From NCBI RefSeq assembly GCF_036588685.1, contig NC_086373.1:110918001-110982000 (forward strand): a stretch of DNA of 64,000 bases, read 5' to 3'. Numbering within the stretch: position 1 is the stretch's first letter; each line of letters begins with the position of its first letter. The notes beneath the pieces were generated by a model. The model saw only the letters and a program-made list of their open reading frames with translations. It searched no databases and was not told where the DNA came from. Below are positions 1-12,960 of the stretch, piece after piece. The translations under genes were made by a program, and so were the position numbers. Source of the stretch: Mytilus trossulus. Lineage: Eukaryota.

Positions 1-1390
1 ACATAGTTTAGAAAATACGTCAACAACTCTTGATCGTTGGTTTTCGTCTCATTATTATCCGTTCAGTATTGATATTGAGTCTTCTTATATCAGTATTGCA
101 ACTAATAGAGATTATACAAATTTTATATTTTCAATAATCTGGTTTAATTCAATAAAATATTTCTATGGGTGCGTTGGTGTTGCAGCCTGTAGCTCATTGC
201 CAAATTCGACAAGGCCATAGATGGCGCTCGCAGCTTGAATCAGAATTTTGAAATTTTCGTATCAGCTTGAATTAGAATTTTGGAATACCCGTATCGGGCA
301 CTTGTTAATTAACTATTTCAAAACCCGCACACCCTCTCTTTTAGAAAAGTTGCTGCTGTTTTGTTATATATTTTCAGGCACTTGTTTGATGTATTTGATT
401 GGAATATTATTGTTACTAGTATCCAAGCGGACCTTCATAGTAATTGACCAATACAGGATAATTTCGAATAAACTTGCGTTTCTATGAATTGGACCTTTCC
501 GTTAAACAGCACTTTATTAACATATTATGGACTATTGTGATTTAAGCATCCAGAATGAATTTATGTTTTTAGTAATTAACAATTTTAATAATTGGAAAGA
601 AAACAAAACATTTTAAAGAAATTACCCATCTTCTACTATCCTTTGGCGCAGAGTCAATTTTAAATTGGGGAGGTCCAGGGAGACTCGTAGTGATTGTGAG
701 ATTATTTCACTCGGCCCTTGCTCTGGGCCTGACAAGTTTTAAAATTTGCAGGTTTGGAAAATGTGGTTAGTGGTAACGGTGGGGTCTACAGATGGGTGAC
801 TCTGTGATCTCCTCCACCTTATCTTATAGATGGGCCTACACCTGACAACAGGTTGGGCACTTATAACTGGAGCATTAGTAATACGAGTGTTTGTCCCGGT
901 CACTCCCCATGGTAGGTGGTGGTATAACCGTGTTTAACTACCATGGGTTTTATGACATTTTGTCAACATAGGTCAGCTGATAGCCATTGTGTATAGGTAA
1001 TCGGTAGTCACCCCCTGCCGCAATAACAAAGTATTATAGAATACTCTGTAGCCAACGGAATGCCACAAAGTAAAAGTGTATATTCTAGTCATGTAAATAC
1101 AAGTTGGTGTAATAAAATGTATGTTTAATTCAAAGGATTGTTTTGTATAAGTTTCAAATGAAATACAGAGGATGGAACCTCTACACAAATGAGTATAATA
1201 TACAGAAAGTCTATAGTATTTTAATTTTGGTATTTGTGAATTACAATTAACAACAGACAAAGAGAGACAACTCTAGATTAATTTTTAACATAGTTTAAAA
1301 AATACGTCTACAACTCTTGATCGTTGTTCTTCGTCTGATTGTTATTCGTTCAGTATTTATATAAGATCTTCTTATATGAAAATCGCAATT
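1..1390. mobile_element. Two head-to-tail LTR-like units (first ends TGACA at 957, second starts TGTCA at 961 and is truncated)
   Basis: Bases 1-~100 recur at 1289-~1390. The inverted 5-bp termini TGTCA/TGACA are separated by ttt, implying a unit of ~1.29 kb. Confidence 0.5.
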
Positions 1391-1425
1391 AATTTATGAT
1401 AAGGTAATGAACTGGATTATCTATA

Positions 1426-1570
1426 AATAAAGGCAACAGTAGTATACCGCTGTTCAAAACTCATAAATACATGGACAAAAAACAAAATCGGGGTAACAAA
1501 CCAGAACCGAGCGAAACGCCTTAAATATAAGAGGAGAACAACGACACAACACCGAAACGCAACACACACA
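1426..1570 (-). repeat. Interspersed repeat end (related copies at ~36105-36400 and ~45641-45900)
   Basis: Shared aaggcaac(a)gtagtataccgct...aaaactcataaat...aacgacacaaca. Confidence 0.7.
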
Positions 1571-1974
1571 GTGGCTATGTAGTGTTGAGGTGGCGAATAT
1601 GATATAGTGTATGTAAAGTAAAATTTTGCACAGGCAGTAAAAAACGATATGCCGTGAAGACCTATTCATCCGTTTAATTTTTATATTTCCTATGCCCTGG
1701 TGAAAAAAAAAGTCTAGGGTGAACAAATCTCCATATCTCCCTCGGTTGGGTCAAACATGTATCATGTCACATGCTTGTAAGTGGTGATTGTTTTCACGGA
1801 TAACAGGAGTCTGATTGTAACATTAAGGTCATATATGAATAGACTGTATTTTAACCCTTTGGTAGAATCTGTTGTTTTAATTATGAATTTCTTTAATTAT
1901 GTATATATATGTCTAAGTAAACCATTGCAACACATGCTTTGACGATTTAACAAATTACAGATGCATCTAAAAAG

Positions 1975-2195
1975 ACAGATATTGAACAAAAGGTTCAAAG
2001 TGGTGAAGTTGATGTAATCCCATCGTAAATTTTACGAATCACATCACAACATTGCTTGAACGTTATTGAATATTAGTTTCGAAGATATATCGAATATGTC
2101 TAAATTGTCAGGGCACCTCAGATAAACCCCAAGTTTGGTGGGGTTCGTGTGGCGCAGTTTTTCTCATTGTGCATAGTCTGTTTTTTTTTAGCCAA
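1975..2195 (+). mobile_element. Decayed Penelope-like (Naiad-type) retroelement C-terminus and 3' UTR
   Basis: Translates to LNKRFKVVKLM*SHRKFYESHH, resembling the KLKSSLRKFYGRHH segment of this RT family; followed by the gcacct...tggtggggttcgtgt 3' motif also seen reversed at 3190-3395. Confidence 0.55.
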
Positions 2196-3189
2196 ACCAA
2201 ATTATGCTTCACTCAAATCAATAAACTGTATATATACAAAATATAGCAGTGTTCGAATTGGTATGTAAAACTCGTAGTGAACAAATTCTACAACTGAGTG
2301 TCTTATTAAACTTTTGAAACTAATATTCCAGATATCTTCATAGTGAGAGCACACAAAAAAGCCCCATCATATGGCAACTGATTTATAGGCCAACATGAAA
2401 AAGGTCTCTTGACCAGTGATCCATACGAGCCATTGTGATGATATCGATCCATTGACAATATTGATTTGAATGGCCAGATTCATCTGACCACTTGACTGTA
2501 CACTGTAACGCTTCCCACCATTCAATTAAATTTACAAACGAAACATCAATTGATAAAATAAATGTTATTTATACTACCAGTTAAATTCAGACTTTGTACA
2601 TACATTTTCGTATGTACAAAACGGTGGGTTAAACTTGGTATAACAATTGAATATCTCACGTTATGACAGTCGCATTAAACTCCTTAGTATTGACAACAAT
2701 ATGTGAACAAAACAATCAGACATAATTGGTAAATATACAAAAGATTGTGGTACTGTAGTAAACATTGTGCTATGATCCTAATCACATTAGAAACAGAACA
2801 AATATTTAACGAAAAATGACAATAGACAAAGCACATTAGCAAAATGAATACAAAAGAATAAAAAAATGTGCCCAAGTACAATAAAACAAAAGCGGGGATG
2901 TGCAAGTACAGAGCAACGTCATATGTACCAACGAAACACAAAAAGGCATATAGACAAGACAAATTGCAAAAATGAAACACAAGAATTCTAAAATATTACC
3001 ATAGCAAAATTACATAATGACGGGATGTATAAGTACAGAGCGATGTCACAAAGAGCTAACCAAACTAAACAGCAAAATTAATATGTGTAAGACAAATAAA
3101 AAAATATTTCAACACCTTATTAAAATACAAAATGTCAGTACCCTGAAATCATATATACATCAAAATAATCTTGTTTTATGTGTGCATGA

Positions 3190-3395
3190 GAAGGACGATA
3201 GATACAAGAGAGACAGTCAAACTCAAAAATCGAAAATAAACTGACAACGCCATGACTTACAATGAAAAATAACAAACAATAGTACACATGACACAACAAA
3301 GAAAACTAACGAATAAGCAACACCAAACCAACCAAAAACTAGAGGGTTTGCAGGTGCTCCGGAAGGGTAAGCAGATTCTGCTCTACATGCGGTAC
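3190..3395 (-). repeat. 3' UTR fragment of the same abundant retroelement family
   Basis: Reverse strand reads ctgcttacccttccggagcacctg...tttagttttct...ccatggcgttgtcagttt; related to 46470-46630. Confidence 0.65.
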
Positions 3396-3946
3396 TGACT
3401 TTTTATCAACAGGGTCTTGGTATCTTCCGATAAAATGTTACTAAGTCAACACTGAGTGCAATACCACAGTGAGAAGATGACAAGAAACTGTTGCATCCAA
3501 CCGCTTAACACTTTAGAACATGATAGCCTTTTTGAAAGAGTAGATTATATAGTAGTGTGTGTTTTTATTATATAACATTAGACAATGGACATTGCAAATT
3601 TCAGCCACTAATTTTGAAAATAAATGAATAATCTTGAACTTAATTGGCGTAATTGGCAATTTATGCCTCATCCCTTATTATATTCATAAAACATAAACAA
3701 AAAAAGCTATAGTAAACAACAATGTAACAAATAATATCCTGATATTAAGCATATTATAAATAATGGATAGATCAAACATATATAGTTGTCATAGAGTTTT
3801 CACTGCTTCAAGCGTACTGATAATATATTTTTTTTCTGTAACTGCATCCTACATTCATTGCCTTATATATCGTGTACTGTGTTACGACACTAGATAAAAA
3901 ATGATGAGGAAAGGTAACTCCCGGTCATAAAAATCTTGATTTTTGC

Positions 3947-4110
3947 GAGCTAAGATGGCCGAGTGATCTACTGCACTGCGCATAGTACAAGGCGATTTGG
4001 CACCACTATATCTTAGTAGCACGAATTCGAATCCCGGTTATTGAAAAACTAATATTTGTTCTGCACATGTACAGTGCTAACATTGGTAGGCTGTTTTTTA
4101 GACGAATTAT
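3947..4110 (+). mobile_element. Old tRNA(Leu-like)-derived SINE
   Basis: A-box-like gatggccgagtgatcta and B-box-like attcgaatccc; body similar to the young copies at 52388-52760. Confidence 0.6.
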
Positions 4111-5015
4111 ATGTAGTACAAACTTACTAAACTCGTTTAAAGGGTTTCTACACGTCTCAATCTTCAAAATAGATTATCTAAAAATAATACAATTGCTAAC
4201 ATTTTTAATTACAAAAATCGTTGTTAGCCATCTATTCTAAAACAAAATGACTTACATGTCCCTGTCTATCTAACAACAATAAAGTTTAATGGTCGCTCAT
4301 TTTCCTAAAAGTTTGAGACGGATATCACTCGAAAAACTTCCAGTTTAATATATGTTTTCACATGAAACAAACCAAGATGCATTATTCAGTACATAGGTGA
4401 ACTGGGAGATAATCAAAAGCACGCACGAACACCTTTATCGTTTTGAAAGACTCCTTACATTCAAAAGTATCATTAATCAAGAAGCACAGTCATTCTATCA
4501 AATATTTAACAGATTTATCATGAGAAGAAATTAATAAGCAGCATGGTGAATCTCATTCAACATTTGTACGACCACGAAAAATAATTGAAATAATTTCGAT
4601 AAAAAAATAACAAAAACTCTGTCATCTCAGACTCAATGAAAATATATTTTATTAAAGAAATACGACGGTAGACATTGTCTCTTACCAAGGCTGTTTTTTG
4701 TCCTTAAATAAATAACATCAAATTTTGGAACAATGCAACACAATTCTAAAATACAGTTCTAAGTATGAAATCGTTCAAATTATAATTGCATATTGCTATA
4801 TATTTTCCTAAATTGAACACCCTGGAGGTCATGAAAAACATTTTAAACATTTCAATATAGGTTTATATTTTGTAAATATTGCCTGTATTTGTAATCAACA
4901 TTCTGTTAAAGAACAAATTCCTGACTTATTTAATAATAATGAACTCCCTCGTACTTGTAATGTTTACAACATATCTACCGGAAATATGTGTGTCATTACA
5001 GCTAATTGTATTATT

Positions 5016-6682
5016 CACTGTGCTTAAACGGCCGTGGGTAACTTAAGTTACCCACAGCCCAAGATGGCGAACTCTAAATTTGTTGAGATGATAGTTGATA
5101 CGAAATCTACTTTTTGCAACGTTTTTCATGATCTATGTAAATATTGATAGGACTTTTGAATAAAGAAATCACTTACCATCACTTCAAATTTGTTAATTTT
5201 GACTTCACTTTAGCGCAAGGCCAACTTTTGAAAAATGCTTAAGATGTCCGTAACTTATAAGTTAAAAATAATCAGACTGTCCGTAACTTTATTTTCGGAT
5301 GTGGGTAACTTTTTTTCAAAATTGTAAAAATTAACAATTTCAACACTTAAAGGACAATAAACACTATCAAACCACTTATATTATTACATAGGTTTATACA
5401 ATAACAATATGCTTCAAACTAAACAAGAGAAAAAGCAAACCAGAGTGTCACGGAAATTCCGTTAAATTTTTAAATAATTGTTCCCGGGATAAAACGGGAT
5501 TTTACAGTACGGCGAAATTTATCTAACATTCTTCTAGCTTTATAGATTGTTCACTGATGAGTCCTTGGTCGGTATAGCCGCGGAACAATTGATATCCTTT
5601 CCTTTAAATAATTTCTGAATTGTTAGCCAAAAAAGTATGGTCTCTTCACAATATCTAGTGTGATGTGTTGTTGATTGTGAGAAAACAAGTGCCAATATCT
5701 AGAAATATTGTTGAACAGAATTCAGTTTATTATAGCAATAAAAGTAGATTTAAAATATTCTAAAAGTTTCATTGACCTCAGGGATTTAATAAGATCGGGT
5801 ATCAAATCATCATCTTCTTGAGAGGTTTGGACTGATTCATCTATGTATTTCTGCTAAGGATTGACCTCCGAACTTGTTCTCCTAAGGTCATTTTCATATG
5901 TTCACTATTAATGTAATTTCTACAGTTTGAAATGGTGAGATATATAACCTGCATGTCATGATTTATCATCTAAAACTTAAGCAGTTAACAATCTATAAAG
6001 CCAGTAGAATGTAAGATGCATTAATTTTGCCTTACAATTTTCTACATAAGAAAATGCCTGTACCAAGTCAGGAAAACGGCAGTTGTTATCCATTCGGTTG
6101 AGCTTTGGATTTTTCTATTTTATAAGGGACTTTCCTTTTTGAATTTTCTTCAGAGTTCAGTTTTTTGGTAATTTTACTTTTTAATGCCTGTACCAAGGCA
6201 GGAATATGACCGTTGTTTTCCATTCGTTTGGTGTGATAACTTGAGCTTTTGGCTTTGCCATTCTATAAAGGACTTCCCGTTTGAATATTCCTAGGAGTTC
6301 GATATTTTTTTTTTTAATCATTTCTTTTTTTTTTCATAATTACATTTACGAATAAAGATTCTTTGAAAGTTACCGACATCATGCTAAAGTTACGGACATC
6401 CCTATTGGTACAAGGAAAAAAGTTACGGACAAGTTGTTTTGAAGTTACGGACATCATAAATGTTTTGGAAAATCGTGCTGTAATCGTTTATTTTGTAGTA
6501 ACAAACCACGTTTTACATTGCAAAGTTTCCCTAAAAGATTTATATAACTTTTTAATTACTGAACATTTCTTTTGTATGCATGGTATTGTAATTATATAGG
6601 AGCAAACTTCCTAACCGAAGCCAGGCGGCTCCATCTTGGGCTGTGGGTAACTTAAGTTACCCACGGCCGTTTAAGCACAGTG
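5016..6682. mobile_element. Non-autonomous TIR DNA transposon with CACTG termini (CMC: EnSpm/Chapaev-like)
   Basis: ~52-bp TIRs cactgtgcttaaacggccgtgggtaacttaagttacccacagcccaagatgg; ATT (or ATTATT) on both flanks; subterminal tccgtaactt / aagttacgga repeats at both ends. Confidence 0.88.
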
Positions 6683-6763
6683 ATTATTCGTGTGTTTTTT
6701 TGTCAATTGTGTTCTCCTCTTTATTTACATTGTACTCCTGTACTGTTCTGTTGTCATATCAAT

Positions 6764-7072
6764 AGTTAACAAAGGTACCATGATTATAATTTAAGACGCC
6801 AGACGCGCGTTTCGTCTACAAAAGACTTATCAGTGACGCTCATATCAAAATATTAATAAAGCCAAACAAGTACATAGTTGAATAGCATTGAGGATCCAAA
6901 ATTCCAAAAAGTTGTGCCAAATACGGCTAAGGAAATCTATGCCCAGCATAAGAAAATCCTGAGTTTATCGAAAAATCGAAAGTTTTGTAAACAGGAAATT
7001 TATAAAAATGATCACAGTATTGACATGCATGTCAACACCGAAGTGTTGACTACTGGGCTGGTGATACCCTTG
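6764..7072 (-). mobile_element. Retrozyme-like unit, family 1, hammerhead with mutated core (6796-6841)
   Basis: Minus strand gcgtca CTGATAA gtct-tttgt-agac GAAA cgcgcg TC tggcgt; the G8 position is A. Confidence 0.8.
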
Positions 7073-7381
7073 GGCAAATAGTTGTAAAATCATACTGGAC
7101 TCACTCTGCACGTATACAGCTCTAAATGAATTAAACGAGTAAAAGCTCGGAATCATTAAAAAAAAATTTAATTCGATAATGAACATAGTTTCTCTTACCA
7201 ACCATTAATAATAGCTAAAAGTACTCGTGAAGAAAATTTGTTTTTGTCCCGGCTTCTAATAATATCTTTATGGTGTAAATTTTACATTGAGGTTTTATAA
7301 AAGGAAATCACGAAATCACCAACATTCGTACTGACTTCGTATTTAGAAAATCACATCTGTAACTAACATAAACTTTTAGGT

Positions 7382-7483
7382 GTTATCAAAATTCCCATGG
7401 GGAATAACTGTGCACCACTTATCGCGAACCTGTTTCTGAATTGTTATGAGTTATAGTTTATGACTAAAATAAGCCAAGATCCG
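7382..7483 (+). pseudogene. Reverse transcriptase fragment (PLE, Naiad-type)
   Basis: VIKIPMGNNCAPLIANLFLNCYEL*FMTKISQDP matches the GIPMGTNCAPLLADLFL RT motif. Confidence 0.75.
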
Positions 7484-9843
7484 TGGTGAAAGAGTCGAGT
7501 AGATCTTAAACGTAAAGGACGAAAAACATTACTCTCTGAGTTTAGCCTGGTTATAACTATTAGATTTGGATAGTTACCAGTCGGATAAGTGAAATCAATT
7601 ACTAAACTCTTTTATGAGTTGAAAACTACATTGATAACGAAATTTTTGCGTGAATATGTTGTTTTAACAGACTTTATTTCTTCTGTAAAACTGTAAACAC
7701 GGAGGTTCAGTAAAGGATAATGTTAGATGGAAAATTTACCAAAGCCTTTAGTAGCTCTTATTAGTAATATAATAGACGAGTATGACCATTTTACATTGAA
7801 TTAGGTGTATCTTGGTGAAAAAATGACAGTCTCGTTAGTTTGGACAAGAGGCAATGTAGTTCAAATAAGCAAAGGTGTTAAACATAATTCAAGTTCAAAC
7901 AGGTAGAGAGACGCTTAACGTTTGAAAACATGTAAGATTTTAAAGCATTACAGTATGATGACAATGAACAGACTGTGAGAAGTGAAGGCGGAAATGACAC
8001 AGGGGACGAAGCTATTGTATTTCATGTGGTAATGCAAGATGACAATTTGATCCCAAATAGAGGTGATACCTGTAATTACTCAACCGGTGCCGATCAATAA
8101 CAAAAGGGAAATGTTAGAAAGTAGAACGATGATATAGTTACATGTGTAGTGAAAAAAAAATGAAGTCGATTCATTGAAAACTGTAGCACCATAGTCGATC
8201 ATAACTGGTAAAAGTCCGTGTGTGATACTCATTATACAAAAAGTGGTTTTGAGTCGTACGTCAAACGGTTACTTTATCATTGGCAAGGTAAAAAATAGTA
8301 ACACTATAGTTTTACGGAATCTGATTCATGATAAAAATTTCAGACATATTAAAGGGGATAAAAAAGAGACCAATTTGACTATAACATGATTTCCGTTGAC
8401 CGGATGTGTGTGGTGTTAGTACTTTATTACTGTATTCTAAAAATTGAAGCCAAATAGTATCATGACCAATTTCCAACGGAGCTTGTTTATGTTATCCATG
8501 CGTGGGCATTTTGCACCAAATTTATGAATTTTGGAGGTTTTTTCGAATAACTCTCTAGAAAATATTGTAAATTTACACACTGTAGTTATTCATAGATAAA
8601 TAAAAAAATATTTTGTCCCCTTACATCCAATCAGAGCACTTCTAATTTGATTTCCTTCACCTATCTTGGGTACACAAAAGGCCATCCTAATGCTGGGAAA
8701 ATGTAATACTACCATTTTCCCTATACTGTGACACAAAGCTGTAAAGAATTCTTATGACACCATCAATGCAATACTGGATTATTGTGGAAACCTTGACTAT
8801 ACTTTTATACTTGTATGTTTCCATTACTTCAAGAAACATGGATAATTTTATGTCCCAACCCCTACATGCTGATTTACTTCTTTCTCTACTTCTTTCATGT
8901 AAGGCTTAACAAACAATCTGTATCCAACTATATCTTATCTTATGTAAAATAAATAATAAACATTTCCAGTTAAACAGTTAAAAATGACAGTTCCATTCAA
9001 TTTGTATACATTTTATCCAAAATTTACAACATAAGCACAAATTCAAGATTTGTCATACTAATCTCCATTCCATGCTTTAGTATATGCCATATTGTGGTTC
9101 AAAATTTCAGAGCTGGTTATAAATCTATTTTTCTGTCTTGAGATGACAAAAACAAGGATATTACACACTTAAAACATTAAATCTGTAAAATACTCAGCTG
9201 TAAAAATGCCTTTGTTGCCTGTATAAATCTCTGAAAAAAGCTGAATTATGTCCCTTGGGAGTATAAAATTCCAATAAAAGTCCTTTCAAACAGTACAAAA
9301 TGACAAATCAAATATGCCTGATATAATAAAAAATAGAAACTACAAAATGAAGCACTATTGAAATATTTTCTGCATGAATTGCCAACTATGTGAGCAATTC
9401 TTTACACAGAAGAGTATAAATTCTATCTAAATTTAGCCTCAAGTGGGCCTCTTTATTTGTTAGATGAACAATTGTAACAGTGAAAATGCCTCTAGTATGA
9501 CCAAATACTGCCTTACTATATACACAGTACAAACTTAACCAGACAATATCCAATTTTAATGGATTGGGTCGAGGGAAATACCCAATTGATACATTTAGGG
9601 AATTACACAGCAAAAAAGGCAAATATCTCAGTTTAAAATATTTGTCGCGACTTGAATTCTGGGTTTTCTAATTGAATTAATTATTGCAAAAGGTGAAAAC
9701 AAATACAAAAGACCAATAGTTTGGTGCACTTTATAAAATATAGATAATGTTGACACCCTAGAATAATATTACTTACACAGTGTGCAATTGTCCTAATACA
9801 GGAATTTTATTGACCCGATAAATTCCGTATTAGGACAATTGCA

Positions 9844-10269
9844 TTTATTGTTGATTGATTGTTGGTTGCTTAACGTCCAGTGGCAAATATTTCATGCATA
9901 TTCAGGACGAGAACAAGTTCACAATAAATACAATAGGTAGGCTGATACAATAGAGACCATCTGGGTCGAAGAAATTTGGACTGCCACCGGAAAAGGAGGG
10001 TATATTGGATAGGGACAGAAATTTTGCCTTGCAACAGGCCACCTACGGACCCCTCAAAGAGTTGTTGCAAGGGTTCTTAACGTGCAAAGAGCGTGGCACT
10101 CTCTTTACACGAGGCATCGGATTTAACGTCCCCCTTCTGACCGGACGTGACTGCGAACTTGATACATCCCGCGCAGCCAAACGGACGCCCCACTTCGGCA
10201 AGTGTTTTACTGCCGGTCGGGAGAAGACCAAGTGACCATATTTCTATACCCCAGTCACCCTTGGGGACC
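9844..10269 (-). mobile_element. SINE-like retroposon with Deu/Nin-like core and 13-bp TSD
   Basis: TSD taggacaattgca at 9831-9843 and 10270-10282; core ggggacgttaaatccgatgcctcgtgtaaagagag...tgcacgttaagaaccc; tail ggacgttaagcaaccaacaatcaatc. Confidence 0.85.
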
Positions 10270-10649
10270 TAGGACAATTGCAAACTGTGTAACGAATTTA
10301 TCCGGATTTTGCTATCACACCACTTGCTTATATGTTTTCCATTATTAATTCTGTATTAGCACACTGTGTAACAAATTAAACCTATATAAAATTTATCGTT
10401 TTTCCATATTATTATGGAAAATCTCAATTTAAGTTTTGTTCCATATTAAGAGGCAGTATAACTTATGATGAAGAACAGCAATACAAAACTAACATTATGC
10501 AAGTTTGATTCATATATTTATATTAACCCAGCACTGTAGTGAAAAGTCCATAAATAATAAGTTTTAAAATACTGTTTTTGTGTCTGTTTTGTCTACTGAA
10601 TACTGTTGTTTGATATAAATATACTGCCAACAAATAAAACTATTTAACA

Positions 10650-12960
10650 TTAACATTTGATAACAATTATATATATATATAATGTAAATGAATGCTTCAC
10701 ATATTCTTGTATGCAAAAGATAATTCCTGAAAATTTAAAATGTTAAATATCACAAACTCTTAGAACAGTTTTACCAACTAATTAATTTAATTAACAAAGT
10801 GTATTTTCCACCATGAGATTTATTAAGTGTCATTTGTTGATTAGGCAGGATTTGACTGCATACATTTACGTGTTTCAGACTTACATTGTTTTGAACACAT
10901 CTGTATTCTTTGTATTCACCGAAAACATGAGCAAGGTCAAGTCCATCTAGATATTTCAAAAAGTCAATTCTACCTCCTTCCCTTTGAATATTTTCATTTG
11001 CATTTGCACTGCTTTTTGTGATAGGCAATGCCAGCTAATTACATGAAACTGTTTCAGGAGCTGACAATGCAAGAATTGCTGTAGAATAAATTGCGGGCAT
11101 TGCATTGTTTTTCTTGACGAAATTGTCTGACAATGTCTAACCCATTTCAATTTTCTCTGAATTACCAAACCGTTGATACACAATTAGGGATTGGATACTT
11201 TTATGTCCAGTGACGGCGACAATCAGGGCTGGACCATACATATTCTTTGATAAAAATGTAGCACATGTAGCCCTAATAGAATGATTTGTATAAATCTGTG
11301 ATAGGTTAGCACTTTTACTAAGATTGGACATGGATACTGTTAACTTCTTTTCTCCGACTGGTTCATTGCAGTACCAGGTATCATCTGTTCTGTAAAAACT
11401 GGACCGAGGTCACTGCCATAATCTGTTGTTTTTTTAGATTAAGCTTTGACACATACAATTCGATTGAGCTCACAGGGCAATAAGGTGAATCTGCAAATAA
11501 AAGGGGTTCATGTATTTTATAGTCGTCATATTTGTTTTATTTTTTTATTTTAGATAATAAGATTTAATATATTTGGTTAATATTGTGATATTTATTAGTC
11601 TTAATAAATGTGAATGATTTTTGTGTTTTGAAAATATTATTATGCATGTCCTCGTACTGTTTGTGTTTATTATTCAATAGCTATATACATATGTACGTGT
11701 ATATGTTGAAATTAAATGATGAACATTATGATAACACCATGACAAATAATGTATATAGATATAGGAAGATTTGGTATGAGTGCCAATCAGACAAATCTCC
11801 ATTCCAATAACAATTTAAAAAAGTAAACGTACATGAATGTTTAATTTTTTAACCTGTAAGCTGTTCCTTTAGGTAAATAATTATTTATCGGCCCTATTTT
11901 CTGATGTTATAAATTTGAATGACCCGTACTTTTCTTCTGTATTAAGACAATTATTGCCTATATAATTTATTACACCCAATAATGGCAGTATGTTTTATTT
12001 TAATATTAAAAAAGAGGTTAAATTTATTTTACCTTTTACTTCTGGCTTGACTCCCAAACTCTGTTCTTTGTCAGTTTCCCTGTGTTTTTTGTCATCTCAT
12101 CCTCCATCTTTCGTACAACCTTTAGTCCTTTAGGTCCAGGGTCCGTCTCTACACCAAAAGTTGTTTTTGTCATCGAATAAAGTTGAGAATGGAAATGGGG
12201 AATGTGTCAAAGAGACAACAATCCGACCAAATAAAAAAACAACAGCAGAAGGTAACCAACAGGTCTTCAATGTAGCGAGAAATTCCCGCACCCGGAGGCG
12301 TCCCCCAGCTGGCCCCCAAACAAACATACACTAGCCCAGCGACAATGAACGCCATACTAATTTCCGACTTGTACACAAGAAACTAAAATTTAAATAATAT
12401 AAATTAAATGCATGTTCTCCTTTCCCCTCCTGCAAAAAGATCATTCTTATGTCAAATTGTACTTTTGTGTACAAGCCAGATGAAGTATTTGTTGCACAAT
12501 AGATTGAACTGTACAACTTGATCAGGTCAGTTTCATTGATACTGGGATAGTGATCAGTGGTACCCAGACCCATTCTTTTCAGTTCTGAAGTCGCTGCTTT
12601 GACATTTACATTTGCATCGTTAAATGCAGCGTCCTTTATTATGCTAAATGTTTTGTTGTAAGGGGGCGACCTTAAATATCTATTTAATCCATATCGAATG
12701 TTCTCAAGTGACGAAATCTTGTAGTGGTTACCGTCTGGTTTTCTTGCATTCATATGAAATTGCCCCAATATTTCATTCAGGCGAAGTTCATCATATTCCT
12801 CAAATCTTATGTCCATTTCTGATTCTCTCAAATATTCCCTGAGGGTGTTTCCTGCCTTTTTGTTTGATCTTAGTGTGTTTGCTGCATTTATTTTAAGCCG
12901 TGTGTCCATTATCTCTTCATCCGTCGTCTGCCCAAAACGTTTTAAGCTTCAAGTCGCCAT
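10650..12960 (-). pseudogene. Crypton tyrosine recombinase (DUF3504/KCTD1/ZMYM-related), two exons, disrupted
   Basis: MAT*SLKRFGQTTDEEI...ARKPDGNHYKISSLENIRYGLNRYL...(frameshift)FCRRGKENMHSMTKTTF...DEMTK(N)HRE | GT-AG intron 12032-11491 | DSPYCPVSS...LWQ*P...WYCNEPVG...YTNHSIRAT...VTGHKSIQSLIVYQR. All catalytic R, HxxR, H and Y positions are visible. Stops, frameshifts and an insertion at 12176-12406 disable it; the 3' end is approximate. Confidence 0.88.
12176..12406 (-). repeat. Helentron/HINE-like non-autonomous fragment inserted in the Crypton ORF
   Basis: Removing it restores ENMHSMTKTTF; no TSD; ends gttgtctctttgacacattccccatttccattctcaactttatt. Confidence 0.6.

Noticed and set aside
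5550-5575. Hammerhead at cactgatgagtccttgg
   Set aside because: No closing stem II or GAAA follows
10185-10269. HDV-like ribozyme in the SINE head (7-nt pyrimidine loop, GGCA hairpin, CGAA)
   Set aside because: The 7-nt P1 3' strand required between P3 and P4 is absent, so the double pseudoknot cannot be built
12331-12909. Intact 192-aa host gene (KCTD1/ZMYM-like)
   Set aside because: Upstream in-frame stop, frameshift at the catalytic Arg motif, and the ORF tail runs into an inserted repeat; it is a dead Crypton
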